A DNA stretch of 64,000 nucleotides from Thermoanaerobaculia bacterium (GCA_038229875.1 JBBROA010000001.1:1955-65954); one strand, 5' to 3'; positions 9,663-19,210 are shown, counted from the first letter of the stretch. Numbers and translations: made by a program. Notes: a model not told the origin generated them from the letters alone.

Positions 9663-10595
9663 ATGTCTGACCGGCTCGTCCGCGTCCCTCGTCTCGCTGT
9701 TTTCTCGTTCCTCGTGGCGTCCGCCGCGCCGCTCTCGGGCCAGACGCTCGTCGTCGGCCAGCTCGGGATACCGGGAGATCCGATCGCGGTGTCCGCGCCG
9801 TCGACGGTCCTCCAGCCAGGCTTTCCTGCGAATCGCGACGGACGCGTTACCGAGGCGACCTTCCTATGGTCGGCAGCGCCCTGTCCCGCCGCGGTCAAGA
9901 TCAAGTTCTTCCGGCCGTCGAGCGCCACGCCGGGAGGTCAATACCTGTTCCTCGATCAGCGGGGGCCATTCGACGTCGCGGAGCTCGCGAGCTCCGCCGC
10001 CCGCCCTCGCCCTGCCACGCAGACGGTGCGCCTCGACCCGCCTGTGGAATTGCAGGTGGGGGACATCGTCGCGATCTCCAACCTGACTTCGTGTGGATCG
10101 CCGTTGTCCGCCGTGCTGCCGCCGCGAGGGATACCGGCGCCCGCCCCGTACTACGCGGTGCCGGGCGACGTCACGGGAACGGTTTCCGCGAGCGGCGCTC
10201 CGCAGTTCGGCCCTTTCGTCAGCCTCGCCTCGGACGACGGGATGCTTTCGCTGCTCGGAAACCGTTTCCGCGCCTCCCTCGTCGCCACAAATCCACGGAC
10301 GGGCCAGATCACCAACGGCGTTCCGGTCGCAATCGAGAACGCGGCAGGCTATTTCACGCTGCCGGGGCTCACGGGCGATCCGCTCTTCCCGGAAATCATG
10401 CTCAAGATGGTCGACGCGACCGCGTCGCCCTCGCTGGGCGGCACCTTCTGGGTCTTCCATTCGCCGCTCACGGACACGACGTATCAGCTCACGGTCGTCG
10501 ACACGACCACCGGCCGGACCCGAACCTACACGAACGGGGTCGGCGCGCCGGGACAGTTGTGCGGGGGTGTCGACACCAGCGCTTTTGTCCCCTGA
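9663..10595 (+). CDS. Secreted hypothetical protein carrying one copy of the ~105-aa NRF...FWVF...DTxAF C-terminal module
   Basis: AAGGAGG lies upstream of the ATG. Signal peptide: VPRLAVFSFLVASAAPLSGQ. The C-terminal residues (nt 10242-10592) align with the two modules at 48163-48921. Confidence 0.75.
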   Translation: MSDRLVRVPRLAVFSFLVASAAPLSGQTLVVGQLGIPGDPIAVSAPSTVLQPGFPANRDGRVTEATFLWSAAPCPAAVKIKFFRPSSATPGGQYLFLDQRGPFDVAELASSAARPRPATQTVRLDPPVELQVGDIVAISNLTSCGSPLSAVLPPRGIPAPAPYYAVPGDVTGTVSASGAPQFGPFVSLASDDGMLSLLGNRFRASLVATNPRTGQITNGVPVAIENAAGYFTLPGLTGDPLFPEIMLKMVDATASPSLGGTFWVFHSPLTDTTYQLTVVDTTTGRTRTYTNGVGAPGQLCGGVDTSAFVP

Positions 10596-10730
10596 GCGCC
10601 ACGGGATTCGCGGCGACGATGACGGAGGGATGAGGGAACGCGTCAGTCGTCCGGGCGTCCGTTAGTCCGGCAGAGGATTGAAATCCCTTCCGAACGCGTC
10701 AGATAGTCTTTACCCGGAGGACAACGTCCA

Positions 10731-12428
10731 ATGTCGCTTCTCGCCGCACTTCTCGTCCTGGCGCTTCCGGCCGCAACCGGGACAGCCGCGAAGAGCTCTT
10801 CTCCGGCCTCTCCCTCCTCGGGAGGGTTCACGCCCGCCGAGAAAGCCGCCGCCGCTACGATCACGCAGGAGGTCGTCCGCGCCCACACGCGGTTTCTCGC
10901 GTCGGACTTGCTCGAGGGCCGCGCGCCTTCGACCCGTGGAGACCGCCTCTCACTCGAGTACGTCTCCGCTCAGATGGAAGCGATGGGCCTGGTGCCCGGC
11001 GCGCCGGGTGGCGGTTGGATCCAGAGGGTCCCGCTCGTCGCGATCACCCCCAAGGTCCCGGACACGATGACGTTCGCGGGTCCGGGCGGCAGGCAGGAGT
11101 CGCTGCGCTACCGCGAGGACTTCATGGCCTTCCCGGGCGTGCAGAAGCCGACCGCTTCGATCGACAACGCCGAGGTCGTGTTCGTGGGCTATGGGATCGT
11201 CGCGCCCGAGTACGGCTGGGACGACTACAAGGACGTGGACGTCCGCGGCAAGGTCATCCTCATGATGAACAACGACCCGGAGGATGATCCGAAGCTCTTC
11301 GCGGGGAAGACGCGCCTCTGGTACGGCCGGTGGGACTACAAGTACGAGATTGCGGGCCGGAAAGGCGCGGCGGGGGCGATCATCATCCACACTACGCCTT
11401 CCGCGGGCTACGACTGGAACGTGATCCAGACCGGCTGGAGCGGCGAGAGGTACGAGCTGCCGGACGAGGGTGAGGGGAGCCCCCGCGCGGCTTTGAAGGG
11501 TTGGGCGACCGACGCGGCCTCGAAGAAGATCGCGGCCCTCGGCGGCCAGGATCTCGACCGCCTGCGCGGCGCGGCGCAGCGGAGGGATTTCCGGCCGGTT
11601 TCCCTCGGCGTCCGTCTCTCCTTCGCGGTGCAGAGCGCGATCCGCAGCGTCGAGAGCGGCAACGCGCTCGGGCAGATACGCGGCAGCGACCCTACGCTCT
11701 CGAAACAAATCGTCATCTAGACCGCGCACCACGACCATTTCGGGAAAAAGGAGGGCGTCAAGCCCGGCGAAGAGGTGATCTTCCACGGCGCCCGCGACAA
11801 TGCCTCGGGCGTCGCCGCCGTGCTTGCGATCGCGCGGGCCTATACCCGCCTGCCGAAGCCTCCGCGTCGGACGATCGTGTTCGCGTCGGTCACCGGCGAG
11901 GAGCAGGGTCTCCTTGGCTCCGAGTACCTCGCGAAGCACCCCCCGGTGCCGGCCGGCGACATCGCCGCGAACATCAACATCGACGAGCTCAACATCTGGG
12001 GCCGCACGCGCGACGTCTCGATGATCGGGCTCGGAAAGTCGAGCCTCGACGGCCCGATCCGGGAGATTCTCGCCATGCAGGGGAGGACGGTCAAGGCGGA
12101 CCCGTTTCCGGACAAGGGGCATTTCTACCGGTCCGACCAGTTCAACTTCGCGAAGGTCGGCGTGCCCGCGTCGTACTTCGATCCGGGAACGGATTTCATC
12201 GGAAAGCCCGCCGGGTGGGGCGAGCAGCAGATCGACCACTACGAGAAAAAGGAATACCACCAGCCTTCCGACGAGTACCGGGACAGCTGGGATCTCTCGG
12301 GAGCGATGGAGGATCTGCAGCTCGATTTTTACCTGGGGCTGCGGGTCGCCAACGCGGATGCGATGCCTACGTGGAACGCGGGCGACGAGTTCGAGGGAGC
12401 GAGGAAGAAGGCGCTAGCGGGGAAGTAG
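10731..12428 (+). pseudogene. M28-family peptidase (PA domain) interrupted by a single in-frame TAG at 11718-11720
   Basis: ORFs 10731-11720 and 11775-12428 are in the same frame. Read-through gives ...SKQIVI*TAHHDHFGKKEGVKPGEEVIFHGARDNASGVAAVLAIAR, so the stop sits just before the H-x-D zinc-ligand motif. Neither half contains a full metal site. Confidence 0.75.
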
Positions 12429-12647
12429 ACCCGAGCCTGGCTCCCTGGACCCGGGCGCGGGGGACAGAGGGAGAGAGGCACCCAGCCGCTTATCGCCACA
12501 TCGAATCCCGAGCGATGAGGGGGCCAGCAGAGGCCGGCCAGCCCCGGACCGAATGCGCGCGTCGGGCGCGTCCGGGCGCGGTGGCGCGGGCGTTGCAACC
12601 GAGGATCTTCCCCGCGATCGGGCGGGCACACACTCTGGGGGCTCCTC

Positions 12648-13262
12648 ATGAAACGGACCGGCATGGGACTCGTGTTTCTCCTCGCGATCGGAATGCTCAT
12701 ACCCGGGACAGTGTTCGCGCAGGGAACTGGCGTGCACTTCGGTCTCTCGGGTGGCGGCGATTTTCCCGTCTCCGACCAGTCCGACATCTACAAGACCGGC
12801 TGGAACGGCACGGCGCTTCTCGCGATCAACTTCGGGAATGCCCCGATCGGTCTGCGGATCGACGGCTCCTACCACGAGTTCAAGACGAAGAGCGAGCTCG
12901 GCGCGTTTTTCGTGGGATCCGGCCGCACGCGCGTGATCGACGGGACCTTCGACCTGGTGATCGGGCCCCGGGGAGGCGCCGTCGAGCCCTACTTTCTGGG
13001 CGGTGTCGGGGCCTACGACCTTCGGTTCCGCGGTCAGGAGATCAACTCGAACAACGCGTTCTCCGACAACTCCACTCGTTTCGGATGGAACGCGGGCGGC
13101 GGCATCGCGTTTCCCATGGGCAGCTCGAATTCCGGCAGCCGCTTCTTCATTGAGGCGCGGTACACGAGCGTGTCGACGAACGGCAGCCGGTTCTCGGATA
13201 GCGTGAACAACAGCGGCGCCCGTTTCACGTTCGTGCCGGTGAACATCGGATTCTTGTTCTAG
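12648..13262 (+). CDS. Small outer-membrane beta-barrel protein (OmpW/OmpA-TM-like)
   Basis: Signal peptide MKRTGMGLVFLLAIGMLIPGTVFAQG, an alternating beta-strand pattern, and a C-terminal aromatic end VNIGFLF. Confidence 0.8.
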   Translation: MKRTGMGLVFLLAIGMLIPGTVFAQGTGVHFGLSGGGDFPVSDQSDIYKTGWNGTALLAINFGNAPIGLRIDGSYHEFKTKSELGAFFVGSGRTRVIDGTFDLVIGPRGGAVEPYFLGGVGAYDLRFRGQEINSNNAFSDNSTRFGWNAGGGIAFPMGSSNSGSRFFIEARYTSVSTNGSRFSDSVNNSGARFTFVPVNIGFLF

Positions 13263-13300
13263 GGGGCGAGCGTCGTCGCGCCGGAGCGAAAGCGGCGAGG

Positions 13301-14392
13301 GTGATTTACTCTCGCCGCATGAAAACACGACGTTCGTTTCTCCGCGGCGCTGGCATCTCTGTCGGCGCCGCACTCGTTTCGGGCGCAGCGCCGAAGCCTG
13401 CGGCCCCCCGGTCTGCCGAGGCTTCCGCCGCGCTCTCGATGGTCAAGCCTCGCGCGTTAAAACCGGGCGACACCGTGGGGCTGGTGTCTCCCTCGTCGTA
13501 CATCTTCGACCTCTGGAAGATCGACAACGCGGTCGCGCGGCTCGAAGCGCTGGGCCTGAAGTCGAAGATCAGCCGTCACGCGAAGGCGCGGCACGGCTAC
13601 ATGGCGGGAACCGTGGAGGAACGGGTCGACGACCTGCACGCGATGTTTTCGGATCCGTCCGTGGCCGCCGTCTTCTGCCTCGGCGGCGGTTACGGGACGG
13701 AGCGGCTTCTCGACTCGATCGACTACGCGCTGATCCGGAAGAACCCAAAGGTCCTGCTCGGATACTCCGACATCACCGGCCTCCACCTCGCGATCAACCG
13801 GAAGGCGGGCGTCGTAACCTTTCACGGGCCCGTGGCGATGGCGTCGCTGCCGGCGTTTACTCTGGAGTCTTTGAAGAAGGCGATCTTTGTGGCGGAGCCG
13901 ATCGGCGAGCTAGGCAACCCTCCGGAAAAAGACCCGTTGTCGCCCGAGTTCCCGCGTCACACCGTGGCGCCGGGGAAGGCGCGGGGACGGATCATCGGTG
14001 GAAACCTGACGCTGATCTCGACGACCATGGGAACCCCTTACGAGATCGACACGCGCGGGAAAATCCTCTTCGTCGAGGACGTCGGAGAGGCGCCTTACCG
14101 GGTGGACCGCATGCTCGTGCAACTGAAGCTCGCGGGCAAGCTCGAGGAGCTCGCCGGAATCGTCTGGGGCACTTGCACCGAATGCACGGTTTCCAACTCG
14201 AGCTTCGAGGTGAACCTGTCGATCTCCGACCTCGTCGATGAAATCCTGGGAGGCCTCGGAAAGCCCGTGCTCGCCGGGCTCGTGTTCGGACACACGAAGG
14301 AGAAGCTCACACTCCCGATCGGCGTCATGGCCGAGATGGACGCGGGGGCAAAGACCGTCTCGATCGTGGAGGCCGCCACCGTCGCTGGTTAG
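13301..14392 (+). CDS. ldcA: LD-carboxypeptidase (S66, LdcA-like) with twin-arginine signal
   Basis: GYSDITGLHLAI (Ser nucleophile region) and a C-terminal FGHT motif. The N-terminus MKTRRSFLRGAGISVGAAL is Tat-like. The start could be ATG 13319 rather than GTG 13301. Confidence 0.85.
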   Translation: MIYSRRMKTRRSFLRGAGISVGAALVSGAAPKPAAPRSAEASAALSMVKPRALKPGDTVGLVSPSSYIFDLWKIDNAVARLEALGLKSKISRHAKARHGYMAGTVEERVDDLHAMFSDPSVAAVFCLGGGYGTERLLDSIDYALIRKNPKVLLGYSDITGLHLAINRKAGVVTFHGPVAMASLPAFTLESLKKAIFVAEPIGELGNPPEKDPLSPEFPRHTVAPGKARGRIIGGNLTLISTTMGTPYEIDTRGKILFVEDVGEAPYRVDRMLVQLKLAGKLEELAGIVWGTCTECTVSNSSFEVNLSISDLVDEILGGLGKPVLAGLVFGHTKEKLTLPIGVMAEMDAGAKTVSIVEAATVAG

Positions 14393-14448
14393 GGCGGGCA
14401 GAACCGGGACGACCCCTGCGATTCCCGTCCCGATTCCCGGTCGCGGTG

Positions 14449-14491
14449 GCCGAGCGACCCACGGGAGCGAGACGGCCGCGGTACTCCGCGG
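14449..14491. repeat. 43-nt intergenic repeat, copy A (CCGCGG-NNNN-CCGCGG hairpin core)
   Basis: gccgagcgacccacgggagcgagacggccgcggtactccgcgg is 40/43 identical to 27094-27136. Both copies begin 57 nt after a plus-strand stop codon, in a convergent spacer. Confidence 0.8.
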
Positions 14492-14522
14492 TCAACTCGA
14501 CGGGTCCTCCGGAACCGGGCAG

Positions 14523-14549
14523 AGAAAAAGGCGGGGGCCGCCCCCCGCC
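14523..14549 (-). terminator. Intrinsic terminator of the TonB-dependent receptor gene
   Basis: 8-bp GC stem (ggcggggg / cccccgcc, 14530-14537 and 14542-14549) with a 4-nt loop. On the minus strand it is followed by TTTTT (the A-run at 14525-14529). Confidence 0.7.
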
Positions 14550-14572
14550 CTCGAATCCCTCGAAGCTTTCGT

Positions 14573-17527
14573 CTAAAAGTCGACGCGCCCGGCAAACTGC
14601 AGCGTGCGAGGGACCGTCGTGACCGTGTTCGCGACGCCGAAGTTCGCGGAAGGCGTCTGGGCAATCCCGTACGACGTGTTGCCCGATCCCACGAATCGGT
14701 TCGCGTCGTTTGTGCAGTTGAAGCACTCGGCGATGGCCGTCAGTCCGACCGGTCCGATGGTGAAAGTCTTGGCGAGCCGGAAATCGAGCTGGGAAGTCCT
14801 CGGCTGGCGAAACTGATTTCGCGTGAAGTGCACGCCACCGATCGTCGGGCGGTCGTTGAAGAAACCGTCCTGGTTCTCGTCGGCGCCCGTCGTCGCGGTG
14901 TAGGGCGATCCCGTCGTGTAGCGATAGGTGGCGGAAAGCCCGATCCCCCACCAGGGCGTATTCCAGTTGGCGTTCGTCGCCAGCTTCCAGCGCTGGTCGC
15001 GGTTGGACCAGCTGTAGCTGCTGTCCAGGTTGTGGAGATCTTCGGCCTGCGCGCCCGCGAAGTTGCGCTCGTTCGAGTCGTTGTCTTTGTCCTCGGACCA
15101 CGTCGCCGCCGCGAAGAACTGGAGGTCTCGCGTGAACCGATGCTGAAGGTTGAACGAGACAGCCTCGTACTTCGAGCGCGCGTCGGTCGTGTAGGTGGAG
15201 ATGCGCCCGTAGAACGGGTCGGGCCGGGTCCGCGAGTAACGGGGCTGCCCGTTGATCGGGGAGACGGTTCCGTCGAGCACGAGATTCGGGTCGTTCAGGC
15301 GCTCGAGGTTTTTTGCCTTCGCGTAGGTTCCCTCGATGCCGACCACGGTATTGGCGAATACTTCGCGGTCGACCCCGAGAGTGATCCGATCGGTGACGGG
15401 ATCCTTGTAGTCGGTGGCCGTCGTGAACACGCCCAGGTTCGAGGGAGTCGGGATCGCCTGGAAGTTGATCGGGGCGAGCGTGTTCGGGTTGAAATTCGTT
15501 CCCCAGCCGGGCGAGAGCGGGTCGGTCGGGGCGGTCCGGTTCGCGGCATTTCCACCGGCGTTGATCGTGTACTGCGTCCCCGTCAGACCGTTGGCGGTCA
15601 GAAGCTGGGCGAACAGGATGCCCGGGGTGCGTGCCCAGAACCGGCCGAGCGACAGCCGGATCGCCGTTTTCGGATCGGGAGCGAATGTAAAGCCCGCGCG
15701 CGGGGACCACTTGTTGTTCTGGTCCGGGATCTGGCCGTCGAGGGCATACGCGCCCGTAGAGAGGACATGCTGAGAATTTAAGATCGGGTTGTCGGGGTTA
15801 TTGAGGCGCTCGTAGCGGACGCCGGCGGTTACGGTGAACTTCGGGGTGACGAACCACTGGTCCTGTACGAAAAACGCGAGCTCTTTCTGTGCGAACGCCG
15901 CGGTCCCGGCCTCGTCCGCCGTCCGTCCATTCAAGCCGCCGAACTGGAAAAACTGCGACCACTTGCCGGCGAGGAGATTTGCCTTGTTGTTCGCGTCGAA
16001 GACGTAGACGCCGCGCCAGTTCCCCTTGAAGATCTGGCTGATCGAGGTCTTGTTGTATTCCGCGCCGCCTTTGACGACGTGGTTCTTGACGAGATAGGTC
16101 GCAATGTCGCCGAAGGAGACGCGGTCGGCGGTCGAAACGATCGGGAGGAAGCTCGTGCTGCCGAGGCTGAGGCCCCCGTAGCGGATCTCCGGCTGGTCGA
16201 TTCCGACCGGCAGGCGCGGCGTCTGCTCTACCACGTACTGCCCGTTGAAGTCGTTTAAGAGACTCGATCCGAACTGGCTGTTCCACGCGCCGACATACGC
16301 GTGCGACTGGAGTCCCTCGATCCCGTTGTGATTGCTGGTCTGGCTCTGCGAACCCGAGGTTCCGTGATCTCCCTCGTACTGGGCGTAATTGACGCGGCCC
16401 ATCAAGCGCTGGGATCCGGAGAGCTGATAGTCGAGCCGTCCGAACATCACTCGCCCATCCTGGGTCTGGACGTACGTCGGGTCGGAAGCGAGCGTTGGAT
16501 ACCGGGCGGCGATGTCGGGGTCCAGAAGGGTCGAGACGATCGGGATGCCGACATTCTGCTTCTGCTGGTCATACGAGCCGAAGAAGAAGAGATGGTCGCG
16601 CAGAATCGGTCCGCCGACCGAGCCTCCGTACTGTTTCTTCTTCTGGTCGGGGGCCTCCCTACCGGCGACGGCGGGCTGCCCCGCGGCCACTCTCGGAGCC
16701 GCCAGCCTCGCCTGTGTGCTGTGGGGCTGCTCGTAAAAGAAGCCCGATCCGTGGAGGTCGTTCGTCCCGTTCTTGGTGATGACGTTGATCACACCGCCGC
16801 CCGAGGGGCCGAACTCCACGGACCCGCCGTTGCGGATGACCGTGAACTCCTTGACGGACTCCTGCGAGATCGAGAGGGGCGCGCGCCCCTCGGCGGAGCC
16901 GAACGTCCCGCCGAAGAAGCCATTGTCATAGTCCATGCCGTCGACCGTCGTGTTGGTGTTGATCCCTCGCTGTCCGGAAACGAGCACCGTGCCGCGGCCT
17001 TCGGGATCGCGGCGGGTTTCCGGCGTGAGAAGAACGAGATCCTGGAAGTTGCGTCCGTTCGTCGGGAGCGACTTCAGCTGTTCGGTCTGGATCGTCGTCG
17101 ACGCCGACGTGTTGGTCACTTCGACCGCGGGAGTGGATGACGTGACCGTCACCGACTCCTGCACCGACGACAGCTGCATCCGGAAGTCGACCGTCGGCAC
17201 CGAGCCGAGGTCGAGGCGCACGTCGTTGCGGCTCGCAGCCTTGAACCCGGACAGGTTTGCGGTCATCGTGTACATCCCGGTCGGCAGGTTGATCAGCTGG
17301 AAGGCGCCGTCCGAGCGCGTCGTCGCGGTCTGAACGAGCCCCGTCCCCTGATTTCTCGCCTCGACCGTGACGCCGGGCAACGCCCCGCCCTCGGTGTCTT
17401 TGACCGTGCCGGAGATCCGGCCGGTGGTCACGTCGGTCTGCGCGAAGGCGGCCGGCGCGAGCGCCACCGCGACCCCAAGGGCGATTCCGAAAAATGCCCG
17501 CCTGAGAGCGGACGCGGTTCCCGTCAT
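14573..17527 (-). CDS. TonB-dependent receptor with N-terminal carboxypeptidase-regulatory-like domain
   Basis: Signal peptide FFGIALGVAVALAPAAFAQ, then RISGTVKDTEGGALPGVTVEARN (CarboxypepD_reg), a plug and long barrel, and a C-terminal LQFAGRVDF. The start ATG at 17525-17527 is preceded by AAGGAGG. The track start at 17737 is probably too far upstream. Confidence 0.9.
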   Translation of the reverse strand: MTGTASALRRAFFGIALGVAVALAPAAFAQTDVTTGRISGTVKDTEGGALPGVTVEARNQGTGLVQTATTRSDGAFQLINLPTGMYTMTANLSGFKAASRNDVRLDLGSVPTVDFRMQLSSVQESVTVTSSTPAVEVTNTSASTTIQTEQLKSLPTNGRNFQDLVLLTPETRRDPEGRGTVLVSGQRGINTNTTVDGMDYDNGFFGGTFGSAEGRAPLSISQESVKEFTVIRNGGSVEFGPSGGGVINVITKNGTNDLHGSGFFYEQPHSTQARLAAPRVAAGQPAVAGREAPDQKKKQYGGSVGGPILRDHLFFFGSYDQQKQNVGIPIVSTLLDPDIAARYPTLASDPTYVQTQDGRVMFGRLDYQLSGSQRLMGRVNYAQYEGDHGTSGSQSQTSNHNGIEGLQSHAYVGAWNSQFGSSLLNDFNGQYVVEQTPRLPVGIDQPEIRYGGLSLGSTSFLPIVSTADRVSFGDIATYLVKNHVVKGGAEYNKTSISQIFKGNWRGVYVFDANNKANLLAGKWSQFFQFGGLNGRTADEAGTAAFAQKELAFFVQDQWFVTPKFTVTAGVRYERLNNPDNPILNSQHVLSTGAYALDGQIPDQNNKWSPRAGFTFAPDPKTAIRLSLGRFWARTPGILFAQLLTANGLTGTQYTINAGGNAANRTAPTDPLSPGWGTNFNPNTLAPINFQAIPTPSNLGVFTTATDYKDPVTDRITLGVDREVFANTVVGIEGTYAKAKNLERLNDPNLVLDGTVSPINGQPRYSRTRPDPFYGRISTYTTDARSKYEAVSFNLQHRFTRDLQFFAAATWSEDKDNDSNERNFAGAQAEDLHNLDSSYSWSNRDQRWKLATNANWNTPWWGIGLSATYRYTTGSPYTATTGADENQDGFFNDRPTIGGVHFTRNQFRQPRTSQLDFRLAKTFTIGPVGLTAIAECFNCTNDANRFVGSGNTSYGIAQTPSANFGVANTVTTVPRTLQFAGRVDF

Positions 17528-17730
17528 GCAGTTGCCTCCTTGTTTACGGACAGGCGCGGAGATTGTCAGTTGGCGTCGGATGATGGGGCGAAATTTATAT
17601 GAAGTCGGCATGAAGTTGCGCGAGCGCAAGACGGGGGTACGGATGTCGCTGCGCTGAAGCGACTTACGGCGGATCGGTATTCCGACCTGGCCGTGTTGCA
17701 CAGGGATCGGTGCATTGCTCCCGGCGGCTC

Positions 17731-17766
17731 TTGACATCAGAATGGCGTCGGACTATTGTACTAGTA
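17731..17766 (+). promoter_or_regulatory. Sigma70-type promoter (TTGACA-17-TATTGT) with overlapping TACTAGTA palindrome, upstream of the GntR gene
   Basis: TTGACA at 17731-17736, a 17-nt spacer, TATTGT at 17754-17759. A perfect 8-bp palindrome TACTAGTA lies at 17759-17766. The ATG at 17771 is only 11 nt after the -10 element. Confidence 0.6.
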
Positions 17767-17770
17767 AACT

Positions 17771-18184
17771 ATGACAATAGGTGGCCGCGCCCTGTTCCAG
17801 CTCGACCCGTCGTCGGGGGTGCCGTTCTACCGGCAGATCATCGACCAGGTCCTTCTGGCCGTCGCCGACGGGCGCCTGACGACCGGCGCGCAGCTGCCCA
17901 CCGTGCGGCAGCTCGCGGTCGACCTCTCAGTCAACCTGAACACGGTCGCAAAGGCGTACCGGGAAATGGAGATCCGAGGAATCGTGGACACGCAGCAGGG
18001 GACGGGTACGTTCGTCGCGATGCGGCGCGCGGAGCGGCGAACCGGGGAACGGCGCAAGGCGCTCGAAGGACTCGTGGACCGCTTCGTCTCCCTCGCCTCG
18101 TCGAGCGGATTCTCGCTCGACGAGCTCGCCGAGAGCCTGACGGAACGCGCGGAAAAAGTGGAAAAGGACAGGAGGCCTGAATGA
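17771..18184 (+). CDS. GntR-family transcriptional regulator, short YtrA-like subtype
   Basis: 137 aa with winged-helix motif LPTVRQLAVDLSVNLNTVAKAYREMEIRGIVDTQQGTGTFV. Confidence 0.9.
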   Translation: MTIGGRALFQLDPSSGVPFYRQIIDQVLLAVADGRLTTGAQLPTVRQLAVDLSVNLNTVAKAYREMEIRGIVDTQQGTGTFVAMRRAERRTGERRKALEGLVDRFVSLASSSGFSLDELAESLTERAEKVEKDRRPE

Positions 18185-19161
18185 TTCCCATGATGTTGGC
18201 GCGGAGAAGGAGAGAGTCGGCGGAGCCCGAGACCCGGGCCGGAGCCTCGGAGAAGCGCCAGAAGGCGCGCGACGCCGCCGCCGACGTGCGGCGATTCGCC
18301 AACGGCATCAGCGTAGCGGCCATGGTCGTCATCGACGTGGCGGGGGCGGCCGCGGCTGCCGCCGTGAGGGATCCGGCGGTCGCGGCGCTCGTCGCGGGCG
18401 TCGCCGTGCTCCTCGGCTTCTATGCGCTGTTCTCGATCAAGATTGCCCGCCAGTGGGAGCGCGCCATCGTGCTTCGCTTCGGCCGGTTCGTCGGACTGAA
18501 GGGACCGGGACTCTTCCTGGTCGTTCCGATCGTCGACGTGGTCTCGCATCTGATCGACCAGCGCGTCCGGGTCACGGACGTTTCGGCGGAATCCGCGCTG
18601 ACGCGCGACACGGTTCCGGTCAACGTCGACGCAATCGTCTTCTGGACGGTGTGGGACGCGCAGAAGTCCGTTCTCGAGGTCTCCGACTACATGGACGCCG
18701 TGATGATGTCCGCACAGACCGCGCTCCGTGAGGCGATCGGGCGGCACCAGCTCGCCGAGATGATCACCGAGCGCGAGCAGCTCGGCAAGGAGCTCCAGAA
18801 AATCCTCGACGAAAAGACGAATCCCTGGGGCATCACGATGCATTCCGTCGAGATCCGCGACGTGCGCATTCCGGCCGCGCTCGAAGACGCGATGAGCCGG
18901 CAGGCGCAGGCCGAGCGCGAGAGGCAGGCGCGAATCATCCTGGGAACCGCGGAGACGGAGATCGCGGATCGCTTCGTCAAGGCCGGCGCGGCCTACGCCG
19001 ACAACCCGGTTGGTTTACATCTTCGGGCGATGAACATGCTCTACGAGGCGATCAAGGAAAAGGGTTCGATGGTGATCGTGCCCTCCTCCGCTGTCGAGAC
19101 GATGGGTCTGGGCGGTCTGATGGGGACCGCCGCGATCGGCGGAGCGAAGACCGGCAGCTAG
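18181..19161 (+). CDS. SPFH/band-7 (stomatin/slipin-like) membrane protein
   Basis: IARQWERAIVLRFGRFVGLKGPGLFLVVPIVD and a C-terminal coiled-coil region QAQAERERQARI. ATGA overlap with the GntR stop. Confidence 0.9.
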   Translation: MIPMMLARRRRESAEPETRAGASEKRQKARDAAADVRRFANGISVAAMVVIDVAGAAAAAAVRDPAVAALVAGVAVLLGFYALFSIKIARQWERAIVLRFGRFVGLKGPGLFLVVPIVDVVSHLIDQRVRVTDVSAESALTRDTVPVNVDAIVFWTVWDAQKSVLEVSDYMDAVMMSAQTALREAIGRHQLAEMITEREQLGKELQKILDEKTNPWGITMHSVEIRDVRIPAALEDAMSRQAQAERERQARIILGTAETEIADRFVKAGAAYADNPVGLHLRAMNMLYEAIKEKGSMVIVPSSAVETMGLGGLMGTAAIGGAKTGS

Positions 19162-19210
19162 CGTAGGGCTCCTCCTGTCGCGAGCCGATCAATAAGCGAG
19201 GGTGTTCTGC

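Noticed and set aside
10675-10686. CRISPR-repeat-like word GGATTGAAATCC, with an 11-nt direct repeat GAACGCGTCAG on both sides.
   Set aside because: There is a single copy with no spacer-repeat periodicity and no cas genes. It is just a 5-bp mini-hairpin in the promoter region of the interrupted M28 gene.
11718-11720. The in-frame TAG as a pyrrolysine or other programmed recoding site.
   Set aside because: No pylTSBCD genes or recoding signal were seen in the window, and the lineage is not known for Pyl. A nonsense mutation or sequencing error is more parsimonious.
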